Below are positions 39,601 to 51,600 of a DNA stretch of 64,000 nucleotides, piece by piece (the first letter of the stretch is position 1; every line of letters starts with the position of its first letter). A program made the translations under genes and the position numbers. The DNA is from Eledone cirrhosa (Eukaryota): NCBI GenBank assembly GCA_964016885.1, contig OZ024747.1:620001-684000 (forward strand). The letters are read 5' to 3'. The notes under the pieces are model-generated. The model worked only from the letters and a program-made list of their open reading frames with translations. It was not told where the DNA came from and searched no databases.

Positions 39601-42600
39601 TGTTGCCTACACGGCCACATTACAGCGTGGACTGTGTGTTTTTTTGTCGTGACACCTACACGATCTCATTTGTTTCGGCCTGGATGGCGTGGCACCAACA
39701 TAACTTTACATAGAACGGGGTGGGGGTGGTGGGACGGGGTGTATTTTGTTAGAGATGCCTACTGGCTGTAGTAGGTTTTACTATGTATTTAGGTCAGGCG
39801 GGTCTTCTGTTACTGAGTACCGCCAAAGGTCTCGGTCCAGTGACATTGTCTTGGAGAGGTGTAAGTGTGTGAGGTCGGAGTTTATCAGCTCGTCCCAGGT
39901 TTTTCTAGGTCTGCCTATTCCGTGGCTACCGTCTATCTTTATTGCCCTGCACTTTGTTATACAGCTATCGACTTTCATGTGCATCACGTGTCCATACCAA
40001 CGTAGACTTCTCTCGAGTAAACAACATCTGATCCCTCTTATTTCTAATTTTTTCCTTAGTTCGTTTATGCTTTGCCGTTCACGTATATTACTGTTACACA
40101 TCCAGCGGAGCATGCAAGCTTCGTTCCTCTCTAGTCTGCGTATATCCTCTGCACACAATGCCCAGGTCTCACTGCCATGCAACATTGCTGTTCGTATGCA
40201 GGCATCATACAACCTGCCTTTCATTTTTAGGGAGAACCCTTTAGCAGCTAATAGTGGTATAAGCTCTCTGAACTTTTTCCATCCAGTTCTGACTCTAGCT
40301 ACTGTACTTTCAGAGCACCCTCCCCCACTGCTGATTTTGTCACCCAGGTAACGGAAGCTGTCCACTATTTCTATAGAACCCTCTGCGCAGTTGAAGGAGC
40401 TAGTATTTTGTGGGCACTTGCTGCTACTTATTGCACCAGAGCACCGGCCACATGTAAAATCTATGTTCTTAGTTAGCTTACCTGTGATCCCACTACATCT
40501 TTTATGCACCCATACTTTGCATTTGGGACATAAAATGGAGTTTCTACCTACGCCTTTCCTACACACTGAGCATGGCCATTTCCCAGAAGGGACCGCCGCC
40601 TTATTTTCTTTCCTACAAACTAGAACTTTAGTCTTAGCCAGGTTAATTTTAAGGCCTTTTGATTCTAGGCCGTGCTTCCATGTTTGGAATTTCTTCTCTA
40701 GCTCGGCCATTGATTCAGCTATGAGTGTCAGGTCGTCTGCGTATAGGAGTTCCCATGGGCAGCCGGTCTTGAACTCCTCTGTTATAGCCTGAAGGGCAAT
40801 AATAAATAGTAGGGGGCTAAGAATGGAGCCCTGATGGACGCCAACTTTTACGCTAACCTCTTCACTATATTCGTTGTTAATTCTAACCTTGCTGACTGTT
40901 TCTTTATACATGGCTTGTATAGCTCTCACAAGCCATTCGTCAACACCTAGTTTTCTAAGAGCCCACCAGATAATGGAATGGGGGACTCTGTCGAAGGCTT
41001 TCTCCAAGTCGACAAAAGCTAAGTAGAGGGGTTTACCTTTAGCTAGGTACTTCTCCTGTAGTTGTCGTACAATGAAAAGAGCGTCTGTGGTACTTTTGCC
41101 TGACACAAACCCGAACTGCATTTCATCTAGGTCAATTCTCTCTCTGATTAGTTGCGCTATTACTTTTTCCGTGACCTTCATGACCTGGTCGATTAATTTA
41201 ATGCCTCTATAGTTACTCCTATCTAGGGCATCTCCTTTACCCTTATAACAGTTAACAATGATGCTGCTATGCCAGTCCTTCGGAACAACCCCATTCTGTA
41301 CGACTTGGTTAACTATCCGGGTGACCATGGTGTGTCCCACCGTGCCAGATGCCTTCAGCATCTCAGCAACTATTTCCGAAGGCCCAGCCACCTTACCCGT
41401 CTTCATATCCTTGATTGCCTTACTTATTATACTCCCCTCGACTAACACTGCTGGTCCCTCTATTGGGTCGATGTGGGGGAGACTGTCTTTCTCCCATTTA
41501 TTCTCCTCATTTAGTAGCCTTTCATAGTGACACTTCCAAGCTACCTTCTTATCAGCGTCGGTGATGGCAAGTACGCCGTCATCATTAAGTACACACTTCT
41601 CCCCGACAATATCACGGTTTTCCTTGACACATTGCCTAGCAATCCTGAACACCTCATGTTTTTGGTCCTCGCGTTGTAGAACATGCTTGAACTTTCTTTC
41701 CTCTGCTTCCCTTCGTGCGAAGTACACTTGTCTCCTAGCTTCCCTCCTGGCCACTTGATAGTCTTCTCTACTTCCCCCATCCCGCCATACTTTCCAAGCC
41801 TGCTTTTTGGCCTTAATTGACCCCTCCACCTTACTGTTCCACCACCATGTTACTCTCCTCCTGCCTACAGGCCTGCTCCAGCCACAGACTTCGTCTGTCG
41901 CCATCAGCAGGTTTGCTTTCAGAAATTTCCACTGTCCCTCTATATTGTCCGACTCTAAATGCTCTTCCTTACTGTCGAAAGCATCAAGTAATATGCTTTG
42001 AAATTTATTTCTGGCTGTGGGGTCCTTTAGCTTCCATATTTTTCTCCTGAGGATAGTCCTCTTCTGCTGTCGAGTACGTCTCGCCCTGACTATGAGGTCG
42101 CTAATTATCAGTCTATGTTGGGAGGTGCATTCTTCATGGGGGAGGGATTTAGTGTTTACAACAGACACTCTGTCACGTCTTCTGGTAAGGATATAATCTA
42201 CCTGGCTTGTGTGTTCCCCGGATCACTTTCGGAAAATGAAACATCGGATTCATTATCAAATACCACGTGCTTTTTTTTTTTCAGTTATAGAGTTAGATTT
42301 TTCAAGGTCTTCAGTGGAAAATCCTTCGAATTCTGACTTGCTGCTTGACTGAATGAAATTGGTATCCATTTTTTGTCAGAATTACAAATTTTCAAAACAC
42401 AACAGGAACAAATTTGGAAAAAAATCTCCCAAAATTCACAGAATTAAAATAACATATCGATCGTTGTCCAAAACTGTAGCTCAATTGTTTACTCAGTATA
42501 ATCATGTGTTTTCACGAATGTACTAACGAGATTTGCTCGGATATTCTCATTTAAATATGAATGTGTGAGTACGGACGGTTTTGGGCGGCTTGGTCACATG

Positions 42601-45600
42601 AACCAAAATTTTTTTCGGGCGGCTTTGGGCGGCTTGGTCACATGAACCAAAATTTTTTTCGGGCGGCTTTGGGCGGTTTGGTAACGAAAGGGTTAAGGGT
42701 CGGGAGTATCTTTCAGCTGTGTCAAAGACATGACAATCTCTCTGACAATAATAGGTGCTCGATAAAGTGTGGGAAAGTTTTATAATCAAGATGTGGGGCC
42801 CCTGGTCTGTCCCACCACCTAGTAGAGTGCATGAACATAAGTAAGCAAGATGTAGACTCTGAGCCCATATAAGGGAGTCAATTGCTTTGCTTGAGTACTG
42901 ACTCAGTCTATGACGACTCATCCAACCCTTGCAGGGAAAACCTTAAATGATGATGATGATCGTTGTTCTGAAGTCTTACATCTCTAAAGTAAGCATTTCA
43001 AGCCTTTGGGGTTTTATTTAAAAACAAAACTACCAGTTGTTGTGGTGTAGCCTCAGGTCAGACATGACATACAGATAGTAGTTGACCAAATAACTAAATA
43101 TGACTTGCAAGTTTGATGTTTCATATATGTTAGAGGTATATATACATATATACACCATATATGTGTGTGTATATATATATATATATACCTCTATCGAGTT
43201 GACAGCCAACTTTACTGCTCACTCTGACATCTAGTGGTAAGTTGTATGTAATGTTGTATGACAGTCTGGACATGTTACATACTCTTTCAATTCACTAGTC
43301 TATTTCTGTGACTGTTCGTATGTTGTCAGTTCCTCTCTGCCTATCATTGCAATAAATACCAGTAATACACTAAGGTCGTTTTAGTTAAGTTAGTTACCCT
43401 TCGCCTTAAAAACATTGATATTGTACTAAGTCAAAAGAAATGTTTATGTTTGGTAGTTGCTTGACCTTGGTATAGGCTTGATTTATAGGTTAGCCATAAT
43501 ACTACAGTTGATAGCTCTGTGGAGCTACATAGATATATATGTTTAATGTCTACTTTCCAAAAGATTATTAACTTGTCATTCTTTTATCACTTACAGCTAC
43601 AAAGTTAAATCAATACATTTTTTAATTTGACCATTTGTTAAAAAAACTGAAGTAGTTAATGCGTTGAGAGAAAAATTGGATATATGAGGTATCAGACAGT
43701 TTGCCATAGCGATGACTGTACTAGCATTATATGTGATATATGGATGAAGGCAGTTGTATAAAGAAGTGCTGAGTGTTCTAAATGGAGAAATCTGTGAAAG
43801 AGGATGACCAAGAAAGAAACAAAAATGGGGTGAAAGTTGATTGGTGGCAGTTCTAAGCCTCACGGAAGACATGATCACATGTAGTGAGATATTGTGCTGA
43901 AGAAAACCTGTCCCAATTCATGTGAATATGGGAAACATGTAAAATAATGATGGATGAACCACTTAAACATTATTGTTCCAGTCTTTCTGATGCTCAACAA
44001 TTGCTTTGTTGCAGGTTTATGTAGCTACAGTTCACTCAGATGTTTCAACTTGCATAAAACGCAACATACATGGACGCACAAAGCAAGATATCACCAAGGT
44101 GAGTGGACTTGTTGAAACAAGTATTACTTGACATTTGATGTTCATTCTTTATACTTCTAAGTGGCTTTGCAGACTTAAGTCATAGATTTCAGTTCAGGGA
44201 TTGAAATTATACAACAGATATTGTCTTTAGTTTCAGGTAACATTGTAGTATAGGCCCTCCCCTAGTCTGCCTAGCTGAAAATATACATCATATCTTCTTT
44301 TTCTTCTTCTTTGCTCATTTATTTCTGTGAAGGTCGTAGGGGCAGAGTTCTTAGACACATCAGAGACACCTTCTAGAAGGTCCTATCAGAAGCAACTATC
44401 TCTAAATATGAAGATATAATTTAGTTAGAATGTTAAAAAGGAAAGGATAATGGGACAGATTTTATGGGCAAAATCAACTGGTAGGAGAAACATAGGTAGG
44501 CCCCGAGCAAGAAAGTTGGCTAATATCCATAAGATCATTTGGATCTCCACACAAGATCCCTGGACTACCTCTGTCTCCCTTTTCTTGACTTAGCCCATAA
44601 AATCTGTATTCTTTCCTTAAACATTTCAACTACATTATATCTTCATATTTACATATCACACATTCTACAAGTGAATGTAGTGAGTGTGTGTGTGTGTGTG
44701 TGTGTGTGCAGCATCCCAAGAGAAATACTTTTATACAATTTTCTTAAAATCGGCAGAACCTATCCCTATATTTTATAAACAATTCCTAATAAGACATTAA
44801 ATGAAAGAAAAATTGTTTTAAAGATAGAAATTATTTCTTGGAAAACAGCAAGTTGCTGAATAATTATCTTGAGATAAAATAAGAGAAAATAAAACTATTT
44901 ATATTAAAGAATGGTTGGTACTGTCACTGTTGCTCTCAAACTGATACCTAACATTTACAATAAGATGTGTGTTTCTTTGTTGGTTTTGAAATTGCTAAAT
45001 GGAGATTTTATTGTGTTAAATGATTTTACCATTTCAGATCCACAAGAACTGGGAGGAGACGCCAAAACACCACATCCACTTAGATATTCGATGTCTTCTT
45101 CAGGATGCTGCTATCCCAGAGGTGGGTGAAATGTGAATGATAGAGAGAGAGAGAGTGAATCAAGAGTCAAATTTGAGCATGTATTGAGTTGTGATTTGTG
45201 TTGCCTTCTATAATAGAATCTGAGATCAGTTAACCTCTTAACTGGCCATGTTTCTTGCAAGTACACCACCAATTATAAGAGGTTTAGGGAAATACTTTAA
45301 TTGATGGTTAAATAAATCAAAAGAGAAATATGTGTTACATAGTGAGGGAGAAGTTCTAAATTGAGAGACCTTCCTTGAACGCTTGGTTCAGGCTGAGCCC
45401 TACTAAAGGTACCCAAGGATCAGGTGGTGGTGTTAAACAGAGTGTACCCGTTTGCACTGCAGGTAGAGAGCTATATTGTGTATTAGGCACAGCTGATTGA
45501 TTTTCAGTCATTTATTCTTTGATGTGTCTTTTGTGAAACTTTCAATACACATCTGTTTTAGGTTGAGATGGAGGATACATCAGATGAGAAAACTAAAAAG

Positions 45601-48600
45601 GAACCAGTTTCTCCACAAAAGGGGGACCCTGAAGAGGAAGATGAACCTATTGGACCAGTGGTAAAGAAATGTTTCTTTTCTTCATTTTCTTTTAAGGTGG
45701 TCACAAAATCAGTTGAGGTGAAATTTAAATATTATAATTTTGGCAGGGAAATTGTAATTTGGTATCTTCCTCCCTACCTAGCTTTCTTTGTTGATAAGCA
45801 GGTCATTGGTCAACTGTTGCTAGCTTTAACTATCTATATATTTATCTATCTATCTATTTACCTATCTATCTGTCTATCTACCTATCTATACACAGACACA
45901 CGCACATAAATATACATACATTTTTCACTTCTAGCAAAGGTTGAACTGACCAGTTTTCTTGTGGAGCCACATACCTCCAGGTGTGCCAGGGGCACATGTT
46001 GCTTACATATGATCATGTGCTCAACCACATGCATATTATCATGGCACCGACACTAGGGGAGTTGTTTTTGAAACAGCTAAAGATTGTTTCTGGCCCTTTG
46101 TTTGGCAGGTTTTCTGCAACTGAATACCCTCCAACTAGTTTACTGGGAGTACTTGGTGCTTCTATCATGTAGATCACCATCACTAGAGAGGTTTTCATGT
46201 CTATGATACAGCTGAACAGTCCTCTTGACTCTTTGTTTAGCAAGTTTTCTATGGCTGGATACCCTTTCTATCACCAAACACTTTACATTTATACCCATAT
46301 ATATATATTTATATATACATGTATATAAAAGGTAAACAGAAATAACAACACAATCGGTACAGTATATGGAAGGTATATATTAGGTTAACGCTTGATATAG
46401 CAGGAAGAGGGTTTTAACGTTTCGGATGCTAGTCCTTCATCAGAAGAAAGAATGAGAAATAAGATAGATTGAGAGGACGGGCGGGTGGGTTGGAATTGAA
46501 AAAAATGTCTTTAGATAAAAATAGCAGGTCCATTCATGTTTACACATTCATATACATCCACATATGGAATCGAAATTAAGGTCTAAGAATTAAGTCCAGT
46601 TGACTACAAAACACTTTCTTTAACACTCAACTGATTTAGTTAACCACAGTCTTATTAATAACTAGCTGGACCCGTGAAAAAATTCATGGATAATTTTTGA
46701 AATTTAAATATTGTTCAATGAATATTTATCAGTTAATCAAAGTTGTTTGATTTGCAGTATTTTGGTGAATAAACAATTATATTTTCCTTTATTTTATGTA
46801 TAATAATATGTTTATTTAAAATTAATTTAATAAAATTACACATAAAAAACATCCTTCAAAGCACTTCCCTATATACAATATTTCTAGTAAAGGTGATTCC
46901 CCTTCTGCGGCCATGAATGGATTCGTTTTGAGGTATCACTTTAACTCTCACACTGTTCATCGCCCTTGCTCTTGAAAATGCTACGTATAACTGGCCATGA
47001 GTGAAGCATGGCTCTGGCAAGTGTATGCCGACTCTGTGGAATGTTTGCCCCCTGTGCTTTATTGATTGTCATAGAATAGGACAGACGAACCGGAAACTGG
47101 GTCCTATGAAGAACAAATGGAATGTTTGCATCGCTTGGATTGAGTTTGATTCTTGGAATCAGTACTCTCGTCTGTGAGTGAGATCAACTTATAATTGACG
47201 CTTCGATGCTATGCTCGTGGAGCTGAAGTACTTCCAGGCGAGTTCTGTTGCATAGACCTTGTGTTATAGAGAGGTTTCTAAGCAGCATAATAATTGCTCC
47301 AACTTTTAGGTTCAGGCGATGGGGAGGCATTCCAGAAGGTGTAAGAGAGTTTATAAACTCCATGGGATAATTCTGACCTTCTTCATTATCATAAGTTACA
47401 GAGTTGGTGCTTAGATATGTTTTATTTTCAGTGGGCAATCTTAGAACTTCTTCATTTACTGCTAAGCAGTCTGAATTTTTTGGGGATAAGATCACTCTGG
47501 TTTTCATTTCTTCTGCTGTGCAATTATCAAAGATATCAGATTCCAAAGAATTGTTGCATATGCATGCCTCAGGAATATCAATAGTATCTTCTGCGACATT
47601 ATCAAGAGAGCTTCGTAGAAATCCACTTCCAAGTTGTAATAGCCACCTCGAAAAATCTTGTTCATTTGCATTTGCTCTCATGTTTTGTGTGAGTTTCATT
47701 TGATGAAAATGATCCCACTGAGAGGAGCGTTTGAGGCAGACATCAAGTACAGCTGCAGGGGGAGTTCTGGGGACAACTGGAAGAACTTGTCTAAAATCCC
47801 CTCCTAATATGATAATTTTTCCACCATACTATCACTATTCGTAATATCTCTTAAACATTTATCTATTGCATGCAAAGCATAAGCTGGTATCATTGAAGCT
47901 TCGTCAATAATGAAGACTTTTACTCTCCTAAGAATGTTTCCTTGATCAGAATTTGGAGGAACATTGCACACACTTGTTTCACTCAAAAGAACTGGAAGCT
48001 TGAATATGATGTAAAGAGTTTTACCACCTTTCAAGAGTGTTGCAGCAAATTAGTCCAGGCAGATGTACTTACTGTTATATTGTTAGCAGTAAGGTGATTG
48101 AAGATCATATTGAACAAAAATGTTTTTCCTGATCCTCCTGGCGCATCCAAATAGAACAGTCTATTATTTGTTTCTTCTCTGTTAACTGCTAATGCAGCAT
48201 CAATCACGCAATTAAATAATTCTCTTTGTTCATTGTTCAATAAATTTAGATCTATGATTGGGTTTTTCCGCATAAGGTTCAGGAAGGCCAAACATGCTAC
48301 AATGCGTGCCATTTTCTCTAAATATGGTAATCATCAACGGAAGAGCAATATTTTCAGCTGTTGTATTGTCATTTGTCTGCAAAAGATCCTCAATCATGAA
48401 CTGTTTGTTTTCATTCCACAGTTGTAAACCATTGACGGGTTGACTGAAGAGTCAAATCATAGCAAACATAGAAGCTGTCGAGGCATTTGATATGCTGCTG
48501 CCTCTGTCAAAGTATCTTGTAGTTCATTATCATCATCAAGAAGTCTCAATCTAATACACGCCTTCTTGAAAGTTTCAAATTCTTCACCTTCAACAGTTCT

Positions 48601-51600
48601 TAAATCATTGAAAGAAGTCGTGCCAGGAAAATGAAGAGTAGCATTTTCAAATGAAAATTTTCTGCGTTACGTGGACTTGCTGAGTACATTCTGGTTACAA
48701 TATTATGGAAGCGTACTCGCCGAGTCCATTTGGTACTCTTTTTCTGAAACACATATTGTTGAGGAATATCACAGTACAGAAGATTTCTAGCATTCTCGTC
48801 AGATTGGTTTAGCTTGAACCAAGCGGTCAAATGTGTGTACGCTCTTGTGCTTGTGCAGCTGCTTGTCGTTGCTCTCCTTTTCTGTAGTACACTTGTTGTT
48901 CATCAGGTAAATGCAGAGACAAATGGTATACTGTGTGGGACTGCCCATGCATTTTGTATTCCGATAATCGCCAAAATGCTTCAGGTGGAGACACGTACCT
49001 GCACAAAATATATTGTTTTATTTCATTGTTTTCATTTCCATTGATTTGTTCGTTATTTGTAATATCATTCCTCACTTCCATCATTGTGCAATCATGTCCT
49101 TTATATACTCGAAAAGATATTTCACACTTTTCACAGAAGAGCACACTTCAACGTTAATGTGTGCATGATATTTTTTCAACAGACACTTATTATATGGAAC
49201 AACAAATCTATTGTCCACTTGATGAGTTCCCACTTGTACTGTGTCTCCATTGTTTCTCTGTCTGTATGCCAGATATCCTGAAACATTGTTGATGGTATCT
49301 TCCTGATATTTCTTAGGGAATTTCCTCTGACATTGTCCATCAACCAGAATTCGGATTTGATACTCTGCAAGGTCCATGTATCATCAGTGTATGAAGCAAC
49401 TCCTTCAACTCCGGTTCTTCCATGGGTGGAATCTCAGAGACAATGTTATCAATTTGTTCTTTTGTTCTAATTTTATCTTCTTCATGCAACATGATAAGCA
49501 TATGACAATGCGGAAGACCTCTTTTCTGAAATTCAATCACATGTATATGAGCAATAGGTACACCAAGCACATGTATTTCTTTAATATCAATCATCAATTC
49601 ATTAAGATGTAATTTGTAAACGCGCGCTACTAAATCTAGCCTGTTTTGAGCTGTTTCGTGAGGCCATAGGTTTTCTGTAATTTCTTGGCATTTTGGATTG
49701 CAAGTATAAGATGTAAATAGGTCAGGCTTTCCATATTTGCAAACTATCGCCATTGAGTCTTGATATGATTGTTGCATATTCCTTGGGCTCCTGGTGAAAT
49801 TTGAAGGCAGAATAACGGACTCCTGGCTCATCAATTTCATTGTTTCTTGCTAGGTGATCCATGAGGCCAAAGTACATTGCTACTCTCAACTGTGCTTGGT
49901 TATTTTCAATGAAATTCAAGCGACATCGCTCGATGTATTACACTGAAACCGCCTCTTATGGCCAAGCGAAATGCGTAGAATTCCTGCATTGTTACTTTGT
50001 TACGAACTCTTGTTTGATGATGTTGTATGTGCGGCATGTTAATATGCCATCCTTGATGGCGATTTGGAAAGAGAAGAGGATATACCGTGGGGTCTAAGTG
50101 GCAAGAAATGTACGATATTCTCTCTTTATGTTGTCCTATAGGATATACAACAATATCACGATGTAGTGGCAGCGCTCTATCTTCACCAACGAAAATTGCT
50201 GCAACCTCATTGTTTGTTGGATTATTGTATCTTCTTGCATCATGGCCTGCTATGAATTTCATGGTTACTTTTCTAGAAGGGGTATTTTCTATTGCAGCTC
50301 GCTGTTGTTCTTGCATTTCAACAGTTCTCATATTATTGTATGCTGCTGCATAAGGATTATTATTCATTGAAACCGTTATTTGTTCAAACACCAATTGGCA
50401 TTTTCATTAGCATTTGCTCAGGTATGGATTGCTTTGTTTGTTTCAATGATATAGAGCTGACCATATCTTCTCTGTTCATTTTCGTTTGGATGCAAATTGT
50501 TGGCATATTTGACCTTGTAACCGGAAGCAATAAGGGCCATGTCCTGGTGGATGTTTGATATTGGCACCAAAAGAAGCAAATGCAAAGGCAGAATTATAAT
50601 TTCTTATGTTGTTCCTAAAATTAGATCCTTTGTGGTTATTTATATTAAATAATAGCTTAAGATTATCAGGATATTCTTGTAAAGCAGGAAGTAATACTTT
50701 TCCATTGTTGCAGCAATTCAAGGTCTCTCCTGAGAATCTTAGAGCTTCACAGTATTGACAAATGACACTCATATCACCAATATGGAAACATAAAGGCTGC
50801 TCTTCAATTATGGCATTTTGTGGCTGTTGAACTCTGTTTCTCATATTCTCTAGATAAGTTTGTCTCTCCTCTGGATTCATGTCATTTCTTCTCTCATGAT
50901 CTCTGTTTCTATTATTCTGTAGATAAACCTCTCTCTCCTCTGGATTCATGTTACTTCTATCATGATCTCCGCTTCTTCTATTCTGTAGATAAGCCTCTCT
51001 CTCTTCTTGGCTCATATTCCTCCTCTCTTGCATTTGTTCTCGATTATGGTCACGGATTGCTTGCCTCTCTTCTGCTTGTAACTGTCGTCGTCGTCTTCTT
51101 TGTTGCTCTCTCGCTGCCTCTCTTTGTTGACTTATTCTATCTTACATTTTAAGAATGGTTGTTTCAGTAATTATGAAGAACACTTAGCTGGTATAAGAAA
51201 GTGGTTAGAGATGATGTTTGTCATAAATAAAAAAATGTAACAAAAAAACAAAAACAAACTGAGGGTAAAGCATGTAATTACTGAAAGCATGACACACACC
51301 CCTCTCTCTATAAATATATCTAACCCCCTCTCTCTAAATATATTATAACCCCCTCCTCTCTATATTATAACCCCCCTCTCTCATCATCATCATTCATCAT
51401 TCATCATCATCATCATTTTACGTCCGCTTTTCCCTGCTGGCAAGGGTGGGACGGGTCTTATTCAGCACAGCATCTCTCCACTTGTCACGGTCCTTCGTCA
51501 TCTCCACCGTGAGCTTCAGCGATCTGAGGTCTGTTCTCACCACATCCGCCCATGTTTTTCATGGTCTACCTCTACCACGTCTTTCTTCAACTGGCATTTC

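Larger units (their letters stand above)
37850..42369 (-). pseudogene. piggyBac (PGBD4-like) transposase pseudogene, split by the RTE
   Basis: Acidic N-terminus from ATG 42369; SIDEGMV, QYMPGKPTKWGFK, FFYRFFSS (second catalytic D replaced by Y), YNRYMGGVD, C-terminal Cys-rich CAFCKVALC; several frameshifts. Confidence 0.9.
37199..42692 (-). mobile_element. piggyBac DNA transposon, complete ends, interrupted by an RTE LINE
   Basis: TTAA at 37195-37198 and 42693-42696; 14-bp TIR CCCTTTCGTTACCA / TGGTAACGAAAGGG; ~44-bp subterminal direct repeats at 42575-42680. Confidence 0.95.

Noticed and set aside
43570-43620. Additional YLPM1 exon at acceptor TTACAG (43596)
   Set aside because: Exons 13 and 14 already join without a gap in the conserved domain, and no YLPM1-like peptide follows
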